IMG/VR virus record: IMGVR_UViG_2602041905_000016
DNA from: a virus
Taxonomy: Duplodnaviria > Heunggongvirae > Uroviricota > Caudoviricetes
DNA length: 14,766 nucleotides
Reading direction: 5' to 3' (one strand)
The notes beneath the pieces were generated by a model that was not told where the DNA came from, did not search any database, and saw only the letters and a list, made by a program, of their open reading frames with translations. The translations under genes were made by a program, and so were the position numbers. Positions 1 to 9,738 of this stretch are shown here, in pieces (position 1 is the first letter of the stretch; the number at the start of each line of letters is the position of its first letter).

Positions 1-322
1 GCTCTAGTTTGGCAATCGACGCGTTCATCTCATCAATCTGTTTATTCAGTTGATTAAGCGTGTTTTGCGTTTCGCGCAGTTTACGGGTGGCTTCAGAGAT
101 CGCTTCTTCCTGCTTTTTCAATTGTGCGAGCAGGCTTGCGCGTTGTTGTTGCTTTTGGCGTACCGCGCGCTCTTTCGCGGCGATGTCAGCCTGAATGGAT
201 TTGAGTTGGTCACGCTCATCCGCGTGGGCGGAAAAGGCGCACAACAATACGCCAGCGCTCAGAACGCTGGCGTAGATGATGGGCCTGATTGCAAACCTGC
301 GCGGTTTCACGGCCCGTGTCAT
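1..322 (-). CDS. envC: Murein hydrolase activator EnvC, N-terminal part only; the gene continues beyond the window start
   Basis: Minus-strand translation from the ATG at 322 reads MTRAVKPRRFAIRPIIYASVLSAGVLLCAFSAHADERDQLKSIQADIAAK..., a signal-peptide-like N-terminus followed by a Gln/Lys-rich coiled-coil, running open to position 1. This matches my recollection of EnvC and its expected position next to gpmM. Not in the ORF track because it is truncated by the window edge. Confidence 0.8.
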   Translation of the reverse strand, partial: MTRAVKPRRFAIRPIIYASVLSAGVLLCAFSAHADERDQLKSIQADIAAKERAVRQKQQQRASLLAQLKKQEEAISEATRKLRETQNTLNQLNKQIDEMNASIAKLE

Positions 323-355
323 GGTATTAATCGCCTTTCCCCTCATGGGGAGGGA

Positions 356-1900
356 TTATTCCACGATGAACAGCGGCTTACCAGTCATCTCTTGCGGGAT
401 TTCCATACCCATCAGCGACAACATGGTCGGCGCGATGTCAGAAAGTTTGCCGCCTTCAACCGCTTTCACGTTCTTATCACCAACGTAAATCAGCGGAACT
501 GGCAGGTTGGTGTGTGCTGTGTGTGCCTGACCCGTTGCCGGATCGCGCATCTGTTCAGCGTTACCGTGGTCAGCGGTGATCAGCAGTTGTCCACCCACGG
601 ACTCAACCGCTTTCGCGACTTCTTCCACGCAGTGATCCAGCGCTTCAACCGCTTTAACCGCCGCTTCCATCACCCCGGTGTGACCTACCATGTCGCCGTT
701 CGGATAGTTACAGATAATGGTGTCGTATTTGCCGCTCTTGATTGCCGCAACCAGTTTTTCGGTCAGCTCTGCGGAGCTCATTTCCGGTTGCAGATCGTAG
801 GTAGCCACTTTCGGTGAGTTGATCAGAATGCGATCTTCGCCTTTGAACGACTCTTCTACGCCACCGTTGAAGAAGAAAGTAACGTGGGCATATTTTTCGG
901 TTTCGGAAATACGCAGCTGAGTTTTGTCGTTTTTCGCCATCCACTCGCCGAAGGTGTTAACCAGGGAAGCGGGTGGGTAAGCCACTGCGGTTTTGATGTC
1001 GGCAGCGTATTCGGTCAGCATCACGAAATCGACGTTAACCACTTTCTTACGCGCGAAGCCATCGAAATCAGCGTTCACGAAAGCACGAGTGATTTCACGC
1101 GCGCGGTCAGCACGGAAGTTCATGAAAATCAGCGCATCGCCGTCTTCCATTGCCGCATCTGGCTGACCTTCTGCACGAATAACGGTCGCTTTCACGAACT
1201 CGTCGTTTTCGTCGCGAGCATAAGCAGCCTGCAAACCGGCAACGGCGGTATCGGCCTGGAACTCACCTTGCGCCAGAGTCAGCAGGTCATAAGCTTTTTC
1301 AACGCGATCCCAACGGTTATCGCGGTCCATCGCGTAGTAACGACCAATGATGGACGCTACGCGGCCTTTACCCAGCGCGGCAAATTTCTCTTCGAATTTT
1401 TTCAGCGAGGATTCAGCACTGCGCGGCGGAGTGTCGCGACCGTCAAGGAATGCGTGTAGGTAGATTTTTTCTGCGCCGCGTTCAGCTGCCAGTTCTACCA
1501 TCGCCATGATGTGATCTTCGTGGCTGTGTACACCACCTGCGGAGAGCAGACCCATAATGTGTACTGCTTTGCCTGCGTTTTTCGCTTTATCTACTGCACC
1601 AGTCAACACCGGATTAGCAAAGAAAGCGCGATCTTTGATTTCAACGTCCAGACGAGTCAGGTCCTGATACACGATGCGGCCGGCACCCAGGTTAACGTGG
1701 CCTACTTCGGAGTTGCCCATCTGACGGTCAGGCAGACCGACTTCCAAACCGGAAGCGTCGATCAGGGTATGCGGACGATTGGCCCACAGTGCATCCATTA
1801 CCGGGGTTTTAGCACTAAAAATGGCGTTATCCTGCTGTTCTTCGCGATAGCCATAGCCATCCAGAATCACCAGTACCATAGGTTTTTTAGAAACCGACAT
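356..1900 (-). CDS. gpmM: 2,3-bisphosphoglycerate-independent phosphoglycerate mutase
   Basis: ORF 356..2044 (-) contains a full iPGM sequence (…[29 protein letters not shown] … [13 protein letters not shown] … PLFIVE). I place the start at the ATG at 1898–1900 ([11 protein letters not shown]…), giving 514 aa, with a GAGG Shine-Dalgarno about 8 nt upstream. The in-frame extension to 2044 has no ribosome-binding site and is probably not translated. Confidence 0.93.
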   Translation of the reverse strand: MSVSKKPMVLVILDGYGYREEQQDNAIFSAKTPVMDALWANRPHTLIDASGLEVGLPDRQMGNSEVGHVNLGAGRIVYQDLTRLDVEIKDRAFFANPVLTGAVDKAKNAGKAVHIMGLLSAGGVHSHEDHIMAMVELAAERGAEKIYLHAFLDGRDTPPRSAESSLKKFEEKFAALGKGRVASIIGRYYAMDRDNRWDRVEKAYDLLTLAQGEFQADTAVAGLQAAYARDENDEFVKATVIRAEGQPDAAMEDGDALIFMNFRADRAREITRAFVNADFDGFARKKVVNVDFVMLTEYAADIKTAVAYPPASLVNTFGEWMAKNDKTQLRISETEKYAHVTFFFNGGVEESFKGEDRILINSPKVATYDLQPEMSSAELTEKLVAAIKSGKYDTIICNYPNGDMVGHTGVMEAAVKAVEALDHCVEEVAKAVESVGGQLLITADHGNAEQMRDPATGQAHTAHTNLPVPLIYVGDKNVKAVEGGKLSDIAPTMLSLMGMEIPQEMTGKPLFIVE

Positions 1901-2059
1901 TGCGACAACCTCATACTCAAGAGTCAAAATTTGCGTAATTTTACTACAGCTGAATCGATAAAATAGCCTCTGAAGATCAAAATATACGACCGCTCGCGGC
2001 AAGCAGATGCCAGATTTACGCTTTTTTTTCGTAGCGCCCCGCAAAATTGCATTCCAGTT

Positions 2060-2100
2060 AACGCGCTGGCTGTATTTGCCGCACTGCGCAGGTATACTCC
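2060..2100 (+). promoter_or_regulatory. Candidate sigma70 promoter for yibN in the divergent gpmM/yibN spacer
   Basis: A TATACT -10-like hexamer at 2093–2098 lies 47 nt upstream of the yibN ATG. No convincing -35 at ideal spacing. Sequence-only guess. Confidence 0.25.
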
Positions 2101-2144
2101 TTTCCTGGTTTTTTTAATCACTACGTCGGGAGTTGTTACCCCCC

Positions 2145-2576
2145 ATGCAAGAAATTATGCAATTTGTTGGCCGTCATCCCATACTGAGTATCGCCTGGAT
2201 CGCGTTACTGGTGGCGGTTCTTGTGACTACGTTTAAGAGCCTGACCTCGAAAGTGAAGGTGATTACTCGTGGTGAAGCTACGCGTCTGATCAACAAAGAA
2301 GACGCTGTGGTTGTGGATTTACGTCAGCGTGATGACTTCCGTAAAGGCCATATCGCAGGTTCTATCAACCTGTTGCCGAGCGAAATCAAAGCCAACAATG
2401 TTGGTGAGCTTGAGAAGCACAAAGACAAACCGGTTATCGTGGTAGATGGTTCTGGCATGCAGTGCCAGGAGCCTGCAAACGCGCTGACGAAAGCTGGTTT
2501 TGCGCAAGTATTCGTACTGAAAGAAGGCGTCGCTGGCTGGGCTGGCGAAAACTTGCCTTTGGTGCGCGGCAAATAA
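2145..2576 (+). CDS. yibN: Rhodanese-domain inner-membrane protein YibN
   Basis: ORF 2133..2576 (+). Product begins [30 protein letters not shown] (N-terminal transmembrane helix) followed by a rhodanese-like domain. GGGAG lies about 12 nt upstream of the ATG at 2145. The track start at 2133 is a TTG that I consider less likely. Confidence 0.85.
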
Positions 2577-2716
2577 TTTACCTGCCGTTTTTCATGATGC
2601 AGGCCGTTAGCTGCAATTAGGCCCCCAGCGACTTATTGATATAAGCTTCTGGGGACACTCCATTTTGCTGCCGCCCTGCAACATGAAATTTCAGGGTAAA
2701 AAACAGGAGCTAATTT

Positions 2717-2968
2717 ATGGCCAATGTTGAAATCTATACCAAAGAAACCTGCCCGTATTGCCATCGTGCAAAAGCACTGCTGAGCAGCAAGGGCGTGAGT
2801 TTTCAGGAGTTGCCGATCGATGGCAATGCCGCTAAGCGTGAAGAGATGATCAAACGCAGCGGTCGCACTACGGTTCCACAGATTTTTATTGACGCACAGC
2901 ACATTGGTGGCTGTGATGACTTGTATGCATTGGATGCACGTGGTGGACTGGATCCCCTGCTGAAATAA
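2717..2968 (+). CDS. grxC: Glutaredoxin 3
   Basis: 83-aa ORF with the CPYC active-site motif (MANVEIYTKETCPYCHRAKALL…) and the glutaredoxin TVPQIFI…GG motif. AGGAG Shine-Dalgarno at 2705–2709. Confidence 0.95.
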   Translation: MANVEIYTKETCPYCHRAKALLSSKGVSFQELPIDGNAAKREEMIKRSGRTTVPQIFIDAQHIGGCDDLYALDARGGLDPLLK

Positions 2969-3031
2969 CGTGTGAACGTTGGCATTACATTGCGCAGTAT
3001 TTTAAGGACAACACTTAAGGGTTTTCTACAC

Positions 3032-3499
3032 ATGTCAGAACAAAACAACACCGAAATGACTTTCCAGATCCAACGTATTTATACCAAGGATATTTCTTTC
3101 GAAGCGCCGAACGCGCCGCACGTTTTCCAGAAAGATTGGCAACCAGAAGTTAAACTTGATCTGGATACGGCATCTACTCAACTGGCAGATGACGTTTACG
3201 AAGTGGTACTGCGTGTTACCGTAACGGCCTCCCTGGGCGAAGAAACCGCGTTCCTGTGTGAAGTTCAGCAGGGCGGTATTTTCTCCATCGCGGGTATCGA
3301 AGGCACCCAGATGGCACATTGCCTGGGCGCATACTGCCCGAACATTCTGTTCCCGTATGCTCGTGAGTGCATCACCAGCATGGTATCCCGCGGTACATTC
3401 CCGCAACTGAACCTTGCGCCGGTTAACTTCGATGCGCTGTTCATGAACTATTTGCAGCAGCAGGCTGGCGAAGGTACTGAAGAACATCAGGATGCCTGA
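3032..3499 (+). CDS. secB: Protein-export chaperone SecB
   Basis: ORF 2972..3499 (+). From the ATG at 3032 the product [33 protein letters not shown]… (155 aa) matches SecB as I recall it. The upstream in-frame extension is judged non-coding. Confidence 0.93.
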
Positions 3500-4518
3500 T
3501 GAACCAACGTAATGCTTCAATGACTGTGATCGGTGCCGGCTCGTACGGCACCGCTCTTGCCATTACCCTGGCAAGAAATGGCCACGAGGTTGTCCTCTGG
3601 GGCCATGACCCTGAACATATCGCAACGCTTGAACGCGACCGCTGTAACGCCGCGTTTCTCCCCGATGTGCCTTTTCCCGATACGCTCCATCTTGAAAGCG
3701 ATCTCGCCACTGCGCTGGCAGCCAGCCGTAATATTCTCGTCGTCGTACCCAGCCATGTCTTTGGTGAAGTGCTGCGCCAGATTAAACCGCTGATGCGTCC
3801 TGATGCGCGTCTGGTGTGGGCGACCAAAGGGCTGGAAGCAGAAACCGGACGTCTGTTACAGGACGTGGCGCGTGAGGCCTTAGGCGATCAAATTCCGCTG
3901 GCGGTTATCTCTGGCCCAACGTTTGCGAAAGAACTGGCGGCAGGTTTACCGACGGCCATTTCGCTGGCCTCGACGGACCAGACCTTTGCCGATGACCTCC
4001 AGCAATTGCTGCACTGTGGCAAAAGTTTCCGCGTTTACAGCAACCCGGATTTCATCGGTGTGCAGCTTGGCGGCGCGGTGAAAAACGTCATTGCCATTGG
4101 CGCGGGGATGTCCGACGGTATCGGTTTTGGCGCGAATGCGCGTACGGCGCTGATCACTCGTGGGCTGGCTGAGATGTCGCGTCTTGGCGCGGCGCTGGGT
4201 GCCGATCCTGCCACCTTTATGGGCATGGCGGGGCTGGGCGATCTGGTGCTTACCTGTACCGACAACCAGTCGCGTAACCGCCGTTTTGGCATGATGCTCG
4301 GTCAGGGCATGGATGTACAAAGCGCGCAGGAGAAAATTGGTCAAGTGGTGGAAGGCTACCGCAATACGAAAGAAGTCCGCGAACTGGCGCATCGCTTCGG
4401 CGTTGAAATGCCAATAACCGAGGAAATTTATCAAGTATTATATTGCGGAAAAAACGCGCGCGAGGCAGCATTGACTTTACTAGGTCGTGCACGCAAGGAC
4501 GAGCGCAGCAGCCACTAA
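3499..4518 (+). CDS. gpsA: NAD(P)H-dependent glycerol-3-phosphate dehydrogenase
   Basis: 339-aa ORF with an N-terminal Rossmann motif ([16 protein letters not shown]) and GpsA-like sequence throughout. Its ATG overlaps the secB stop (TGATG, 3497–3501). Confidence 0.95.
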   Translation: MNQRNASMTVIGAGSYGTALAITLARNGHEVVLWGHDPEHIATLERDRCNAAFLPDVPFPDTLHLESDLATALAASRNILVVVPSHVFGEVLRQIKPLMRPDARLVWATKGLEAETGRLLQDVAREALGDQIPLAVISGPTFAKELAAGLPTAISLASTDQTFADDLQQLLHCGKSFRVYSNPDFIGVQLGGAVKNVIAIGAGMSDGIGFGANARTALITRGLAEMSRLGAALGADPATFMGMAGLGDLVLTCTDNQSRNRRFGMMLGQGMDVQSAQEKIGQVVEGYRNTKEVRELAHRFGVEMPITEEIYQVLYCGKNAREAALTLLGRARKDERSSH

Positions 4519-4597
4519 ACCCAGGGAACCTTTGTTACCACTATGACCCGGCCCGCGCAGAACGGGTCGGTCATTATCTTATCGTGTGGAGTAAGCA

Positions 4598-5419
4598 ATG
4601 TCGTGTGAAGAACTGGAAATTGTCTGGAACAATATTAAAGCTGAAGCCAGAACGCTGGCGGACTGTGAGCCAATGCTGGCCAGTTTTTACCACGCGACGC
4701 TACTCAAGCACGAAAACCTTGGCAGTGCACTGAGCTACATGCTGGCGAACAAGCTGTCATCGCCCATTATGCCGGCTATTGCTATCCGTGAAGTGGTGGA
4801 AGAAGCCTACGCCGCCGACCCGGAAATGATCGCCTCTGCGGCCTGTGATATTCAGGCGGTGCGTACCCGTGACCCGGCGGTGGATAAATACTCAACCCCG
4901 TTGCTATATCTGAAGGGTTTTCATGCTTTGCAGGCGTATCGCATCGGTCACTGGTTGTGGAATCAGGGCCGTCGCGCGCTGGCTATTTTTCTACAAAACC
5001 AGGTCTCTGTAACGTTCCAGGTTGATATACACCCGGCAGCAAAAATTGGTCGCGGTATCATGCTCGACCACGCGACAGGCATCGTCGTTGGTGAAACGGC
5101 GGTGATTGAAAACGACGTATCGATTCTGCAATCCGTTACCCTTGGCGGTACGGGTAAATCTGGCGGAGACCGTCACCCGAAAATTCGTGAAGGCGTGATG
5201 ATTGGCGCAGGCGCGAAAATTCTCGGTAATATTGAAGTTGGGCGCGGCGCGAAGATTGGCGCAGGTTCCGTGGTGCTGCAACCGGTGCCGCCGCACACTA
5301 CTGCCGCTGGCGTTCCGGCACGCATTGTCGGCAAGCCGGATAGCGATAAACCGTCAATGGATATGGATCAGCATTTCAACGGCATTAACCATACGTTTGA
5401 GTATGGTGATGGGATCTGA
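4598..5419 (+). CDS. cysE: Serine O-acetyltransferase
   Basis: 273-aa ORF with left-handed beta-helix hexapeptide repeats (…GIVVGETAVIENDVSILQSVTLGG… IGAGAKILGNIEVGRGAKIGAGSVV…) and a CysE-type N-terminal helical domain. Confidence 0.95.
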   Translation: MSCEELEIVWNNIKAEARTLADCEPMLASFYHATLLKHENLGSALSYMLANKLSSPIMPAIAIREVVEEAYAADPEMIASAACDIQAVRTRDPAVDKYSTPLLYLKGFHALQAYRIGHWLWNQGRRALAIFLQNQVSVTFQVDIHPAAKIGRGIMLDHATGIVVGETAVIENDVSILQSVTLGGTGKSGGDRHPKIREGVMIGAGAKILGNIEVGRGAKIGAGSVVLQPVPPHTTAAGVPARIVGKPDSDKPSMDMDQHFNGINHTFEYGDGI

Positions 5420-5433
5420 CATTCTGTGATCGT

Positions 5434-5467
5434 GCCGGATGCGGCGTGAACGCCTTATCCGGCCTAC
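5434..5467. repeat. REP (repetitive extragenic palindromic) element between convergent cysE and trmL
   Basis: GCCGGATGCGGCGTGAACGCCTTATCCGGCCTAC, the canonical enterobacterial REP sequence with imperfect dyad symmetry, sits in the 54-bp spacer between the two stop codons. Confidence 0.8.
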
Positions 5468-5473
5468 CGCATC

Positions 5474-5947
5474 TTAATCTCTCAACACCGCTCCCGGATA
5501 CCCCAGCTGGCGCCAGGCTTCATACACCACCACCGACACCGCATTGGACAGGTTCATGCTGCGGCTGTCCGGCACCATTGGAATACGAATTTTTTGTTCA
5601 GCGGGCAGGGCATCAAGAATGCTCGCTGGCAGGCCGCGCGTTTCCGGGCCAAACATTAGATAGTCGCCATCCTGATAGCTTACGGCGCTGTGAGCAGGCG
5701 TACCTTTCGTGGTGAGGGCAAACAGGCGCTGGGGATTTTCTGCTTCGAGAAACGCGCGATAGTCATGATGACGCGTAACGGCGGTAAACTCGTGATAGTC
5801 CAGCCCCGCGCGGCGCAGGCGCTTATCGTCCCAGGCAAATCCCATCGGTTCGATGATATGCAGACGAAAGCCGGTATTAGCGCAAAGACGGATGATGTTG
5901 CCAGTATTTGGCGGAATTTCTGGTTCGTAAAGTACGATGTTTAGCAT
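5474..5947 (-). CDS. trmL: tRNA (cytidine/uridine-2'-O)-methyltransferase TrmL, SPOUT family
   Basis: 157-aa [37 protein letters not shown]…, a SpoU/TrmL-type methyltransferase as I recall the K-12 protein. Confidence 0.9.
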   Translation of the reverse strand: MLNIVLYEPEIPPNTGNIIRLCANTGFRLHIIEPMGFAWDDKRLRRAGLDYHEFTAVTRHHDYRAFLEAENPQRLFALTTKGTPAHSAVSYQDGDYLMFGPETRGLPASILDALPAEQKIRIPMVPDSRSMNLSNAVSVVVYEAWRQLGYPGAVLRD

Positions 5948-5948
5948 A

Positions 5949-5971
5949 CTGCCCCCTTAGTGCGGGGGCAG
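5949..5971 (-). promoter_or_regulatory. GC-rich stem-loop between the lldD stop and the trmL start; possible lldD terminator and/or structure occluding the trmL ribosome-binding site
   Basis: On the minus strand: CUGCCCCC-GCACUAA-GGGGGCAG (8-bp stem, 7-nt loop), followed by U and then the trmL AUG. The only purine-rich Shine-Dalgarno-like stretch (AAGGGGG) is inside the 3' arm. No U-tract follows the stem. Confidence 0.4.
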
Positions 5972-5994
5972 GATAGCAGATATTCGTCTAACCC

Positions 5995-7185
5995 TTAAGC
6001 TGCATTCCCTTTCGCCATCGGAGCCAATGCCGCCGGCAACTCTTTACCCAGCACCTGCACCAGCGAATCTTGCGTAATTTCGCTAATCGATTTCGCGCCA
6101 GTCAGCGTCATCGCCACTTTCATCTCTTTTTCGATCAGATTTAGCAGATTAGCTACACCCGCCTGGCCCGCTGTTGCCAGCGCATACAGGAAAGCGCGGC
6201 CCAGCAGTACGGTATCAGCACCGAGCGCGATCATACGCACAACGTCCAGCCCGTTACGAATCCCGCTATCTGCCAGAATGGCGATATCACCTTTCACGGC
6301 ATCTGCAATAGCAGGCAGGGCACGCGCAGAAGAGAGCACGCCGTCCAACTGACGACCGCCGTGGTTAGAAACCACAATTCCGTCAGCGCCAAAGCGTACT
6401 GCATCCCGCGCATCTTCCGGATCAAGTATCCCTTTGATTACCATCGGGCCATCCCAGAAGTCGCGGATCCACTCAAGGTCTTTCCATGAGATGGACGGAT
6501 CGAAGTTATTGGCCAGCCAACCGATGTAATCTTCCAGTCCGGTCGGTTTGCCGAGGTAAGCCGAGATATTACCTAAATCATGCGGACGACCGTTCAGGCC
6601 CACATCCCACGCCCATTGCGGATGCGTCACCGCCTGTAAATAGCGGCGCATTGCCGCGTTCGGGCCGCTCATCCCAGAATGCGCATCACGATAACGCGCT
6701 CCCGGTGTTGGCATATCCACGGTGAAAACCAGCGTCGAACAACCCGCGGCTTTTGCTCGCTCCAGGGCGTTACGCATAAAGCCGCGATCGCGCAGCACAT
6801 AAAGCTGGAACCACATCGGACGTTTGATAGCCGGAGCCACTTCTTCAATCGGGCAAACGGAAACCGTCGAGAGAGTAAACGGAATGCCATGCGCATCTGC
6901 TGCTTTGGCAGCCTGAACTTCGCCGCGTCGCGCATACATGCCACACAAACCTACCGGACCTAGCGCCACCGGCATCGACAATTTCTCATTAAACAGCGTC
7001 GTTTCCAGGCTTAAGTCAGACATGTTTTTCAGAATACGCTGGCGCAGCGCCACTTCTGACAAATCTTCCACGTTGCGGCGCAGCGTGTATTCAGAATATG
7101 CCCCCCCATCCATATAGTGGAACAGGAACGGCGGCAGAATGCGTTGCGCTGCGGCGCGATAATCGCTGGCTGCGGAAATAATCAT
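5995..7185 (-). CDS. lldD: FMN-dependent L-lactate dehydrogenase
   Basis: 396-aa ORF of the alpha-hydroxy-acid oxidase / FMN-dependent dehydrogenase family (…[11 protein letters not shown]…). Its start overlaps the lldR stop (ATGA at 7182–7185). Confidence 0.95.
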   Translation of the reverse strand: MIISAASDYRAAAQRILPPFLFHYMDGGAYSEYTLRRNVEDLSEVALRQRILKNMSDLSLETTLFNEKLSMPVALGPVGLCGMYARRGEVQAAKAADAHGIPFTLSTVSVCPIEEVAPAIKRPMWFQLYVLRDRGFMRNALERAKAAGCSTLVFTVDMPTPGARYRDAHSGMSGPNAAMRRYLQAVTHPQWAWDVGLNGRPHDLGNISAYLGKPTGLEDYIGWLANNFDPSISWKDLEWIRDFWDGPMVIKGILDPEDARDAVRFGADGIVVSNHGGRQLDGVLSSARALPAIADAVKGDIAILADSGIRNGLDVVRMIALGADTVLLGRAFLYALATAGQAGVANLLNLIEKEMKVAMTLTGAKSISEITQDSLVQVLGKELPAALAPMAKGNAA

Positions 7186-7875
7186 GCGTTTTTCTCCCTC
7201 GAATGCTCATTATGGTCACCAGGCAGGCGGGTAATACGTGCATGGCGAGCCTGATCTTCATCGAATCGTTTCATGGTGGTGTGAACAAAGCTAAGGTGCG
7301 CCATCATTGCTTTACGCGCCCCGTCAGCATCACCGGCAAAAATGGCGTCAATGACCGCCTGATGTTGTTCGGTCAGCTGTGAAAAAACCGGGGGTACCAG
7401 GTACATCCGCTGGCGGCTATGCTTCACAGAGGATTGCAGGACATCGAAGAAACCGCGCATGGTTTGCAGCAACACAATGTTATGTGAAGCTTCGGCAATC
7501 GCCAGATGAAAACGAACGTCCGCTTGTGAGGCGAGATCCGGGTCTTCACTTAGCGTTGCTTCAAAGCAAAGCTGAATCTTTTCTTTTTCGCCAGGTGTGG
7601 CGCGCATTGCTGCATGCCATGCGGTGCTGGCTTCAATGGCGTATCGGGCTTCCAGAATATCGAAACTGTAATCCGGATCATCGGCCATCAGCGTTTTCAG
7701 CGGCTGGACGATGTTTTGCTCCGACCATGTGTCATGACGCCAGCGAATAAACGTCCCGCCGCCACGTCGACTGAGCAGCACACCTTCGCTTACCAGTTTC
7801 GCCAGCGCCTCGCGCAGTGAATTTCTCGACACGCCGAGTTGCATCGCCAGTTGACGTTCAGCGGGCAACTTCATG
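7182..7875 (-). CDS. lldR: GntR/FadR-family transcriptional regulator LldR; 5' end missing because of the N-run
   Basis: The 770-aa track ORF 7182..9494 is a fusion across the N-run. Its C-terminal 230 aa (…[30 protein letters not shown]… to …[10 protein letters not shown]) is LldR, lacking roughly 27 N-terminal residues including the start of the helix-turn-helix region. Confidence 0.85.
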
Positions 7876-7885
7876 NNNNNNNNNN
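7876..7885. other. Assembly gap (10 N) covering the lldP 3' end, the lldP–lldR junction and the lldR 5' end
   Basis: Literal N-run. Flanking protein sequence implies that roughly 150–200 bp of real sequence is unrepresented. Confidence 0.95.
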
Positions 7886-9473
7886 TCAGGCTGTGTTTGA
7901 CAGTAAAGCGGAACAAATCAGACTCTTTGCCCACCAGACCTACCGCCGCACAGGCGATAGCGATAGATTGCGGAGAGATCATTTTGCCGGTGACACCACC
8001 GGTGGTGTTGGCTGCAACCAGCAACAGGTCAGAAACGCCAATTTGTTGTGCGGCGGTAGCCTGCAAAGCGGCAAACAAAGCATTAGATGACGTATCCGAC
8101 CCGGTCAGGAATACCCCAAGCCAGCCGAGGAACGGCGAGAAGAAGGTGAATGCATGACCGGTGTGCGCCAGTGCCAGCGCCAGTGTTGATGACAGTCCTG
8201 AATAGTTCGAGATAAAGGCGAATGCCAGCACCATACCGATGGAGTAGATGGGCAGAGCCAGTTCTTTCAGCGTGCTGCCGAAGGTGCTGATAGCGTCAGA
8301 TGGTTTCATCTTCAGCCAGACAATCGAGAGCAGGGCAGCAAACAGAATGGCGGTGCCAGTGGCAGAGAACCAGTCAAACTTAAACACGGCGGCATACGCT
8401 GTCGCTTCGCTGACCACTGGCGGCATACGGGCAACCAGTTTATCGAGGTACGGCACCGGAATGTTGATCACCCACTCATACAGCGCACCGCCTGAAGCGA
8501 ACAGGGCTTTAAACGGCGGGATACTCCACAGCGTTACGGTGGCGGTCAGGAACAGGAACGGTGTCCAGGCGCGCAGCACCTGACCTGCCGTGTAACCTGT
8601 GTGAGCCAGCGTCATATCAACCTGTGACGCCCCTAAGTCACCGAAGCGGAATACGCGCACTGGTTGCCAGCGTTTGAGGAACAGTGTCAGACAGAGCAGC
8701 GATACCAGCGAAGAGATAATGTCTGGCAGTTCCGGCCCAATAAAGTTAGAGCTGAGGTATTGAGCAATGGCAAACGACCCGCCCGCAACCACGACCGCAG
8801 GCCACGTCTCTTTGATACCGCGCCAGCCGTCCATAATCGCCATGATCCAGAACAGCACGATAATGGTCATAAACGGCAGCTGACGCCCCACCATCTGACC
8901 AATCTCAAAGCTGTCGATGCCTGTTACCTGCCCGGCGACCAGAATCGGAATACCCATCGCACCAAATGCCACTGGCGCGGTGTTAACAATCAGGCACAGC
9001 CCGGCGGCGTACAGTGGTTTAAAGCCCAGACCGACCAGCAATGCGGCGGTAATTGCTACCGGTGCGCCAAAGCCTGCGGCTCCTTCAAGGAAAGCGCCGA
9101 AACAGAAACCGACGATCAGCATTTGCAGGCGCTGGTCAGGGGTTATCGAAAGAATAGACGAGCGGATGATGTCAAACTGCCCGGTTTTCACCGAGATCTT
9201 ATAGACGAACACCGCTGCAATAATGATCCACGCGATGGGCCACAACCCGTAGAAGAAGCCATAAACCACCGAGGCCAGCGCGTTAGCGACCGGCATTTTA
9301 TAGAACAGCAAAGCCACGGCAAGGGCGATTGCCACCGTCCATGAGGCGGCGACGTATCCTTTCAGTTTGAGCTTAATCAGCGCAAAGAAGAAAAACAGGA
9401 TGGGAAGCGATGCTATCAGGCTGGAAAGCCAGATATTCCCGGCGGGATCGTAGTTTTGTTGCCAGAGATTCAT
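7886..9473 (-). CDS. lldP: L-lactate permease, LctP family; 3' end missing because of the N-run
   Basis: From the ATG at 9471–9473 ([30 protein letters not shown]…), with AGGAG about 7 nt upstream, to …FTVKHSL at the gap. Polytopic membrane protein matching LldP. The track start at 9494 (MDCRRPA…) has no ribosome-binding site. Confidence 0.9.
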
Positions 9474-9555
9474 TGCAGGTCTCCTGCAGTCCACACACGC
9501 CGTGTAATGAGTCTGTTGCTCATCTCCTTGTCACACGTTGTGTAAAAGTGGCACT

Positions 9556-9587
9556 GCCAATTGTGTTGTGTAGGGATAATGACAATG
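9556..9587 (-). promoter_or_regulatory. Imperfect inverted repeat in the lldP leader/promoter; candidate LldR operator (promoter-proximal)
   Basis: CCAATTGT…ACAATGG with a 17-bp spacer, 85–115 bp upstream of the lldP ATG. The half-sites resemble those of the perfect palindrome at 9671–9689. Confidence 0.3.
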
Positions 9588-9670
9588 GATAGTTAACTAA
9601 ATGTTATGCATTGGCAACATTGATGTGAGTTTTGATTGGGGAATTGTGAACCAGAGGTCAGATAAGCGAA

Positions 9671-9689
9671 GAATTGGTAGGGCCAATTC
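9671..9689 (-). promoter_or_regulatory. Perfect 19-bp palindrome; candidate distal LldR operator of the lldPRD promoter
   Basis: GAATTGG-TAGGG-CCAATTC (7-bp perfect inverted arms), about 200 bp upstream of the lldP start. FadR-subfamily GntR regulators bind palindromes of this size. Confidence 0.45.
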
Positions 9690-9700
9690 TGGGAGAGAGG

Positions 9701-9738
9701 TAATAAAGAAAAGGGCAATTCCCATCAGAGAATTGCCC
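9701..9738 (-). terminator. Rho-independent terminator downstream of the adhesin gene
   Basis: Stem GGGCAATTC (9713–9721) / GAATTGCCC (9730–9738) with an 8-nt loop, followed on the minus strand by UUUUCUUUAUUA (plus-strand 9701–9712). About 145 nt beyond the adhesin stop, past the BIME. Confidence 0.6.

Noticed and set aside
50..817. 255-aa plus-strand ORF at the window start
   Set aside because: Antisense to envC and gpmM. Arg/His/Phe-rich, low-complexity composition typical of a reverse-frame read-through. No ribosome-binding site.
884..1966. Plus-strand ORFs of 191 aa and 151 aa (884..1459 and 1511..1966)
   Set aside because: Both lie entirely antisense within gpmM, whose product is recognisable along its whole length.
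1901..2044. In-frame N-terminal extension of gpmM (track ORF start at 2044)
   Set aside because: The extension ([25 protein letters not shown]…) has no ribosome-binding site and runs through the divergent promoter region. The ATG at 1900 has a GAGG Shine-Dalgarno and gives the expected length.
2972..3031. Upstream extension of secB from the ATG at 2972
   Set aside because: SecB begins MSEQNN… at 3032. The extra 20 residues would read through the grxC–secB spacer.
3035..4434. Minus-strand ORFs antisense to secB and gpsA (3035..3520, 3441..3827, 3946..4434 and others)
   Set aside because: They overlap well-supported genes on the opposite strand and have no recognisable domains. Open antisense frames are expected in GC-rich coding sequence.
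8664..9344. 226-aa plus-strand ORF
   Set aside because: Antisense to lldP. Arg/His/Asp-rich with no membrane or enzymatic signature.
7182..9494. Single 770-aa ORF spanning lldR and lldP
   Set aside because: An artefact of translating the N-run as XXXX in a frame that happens to stay open. The two halves are different proteins, a permease and a GntR-type regulator.
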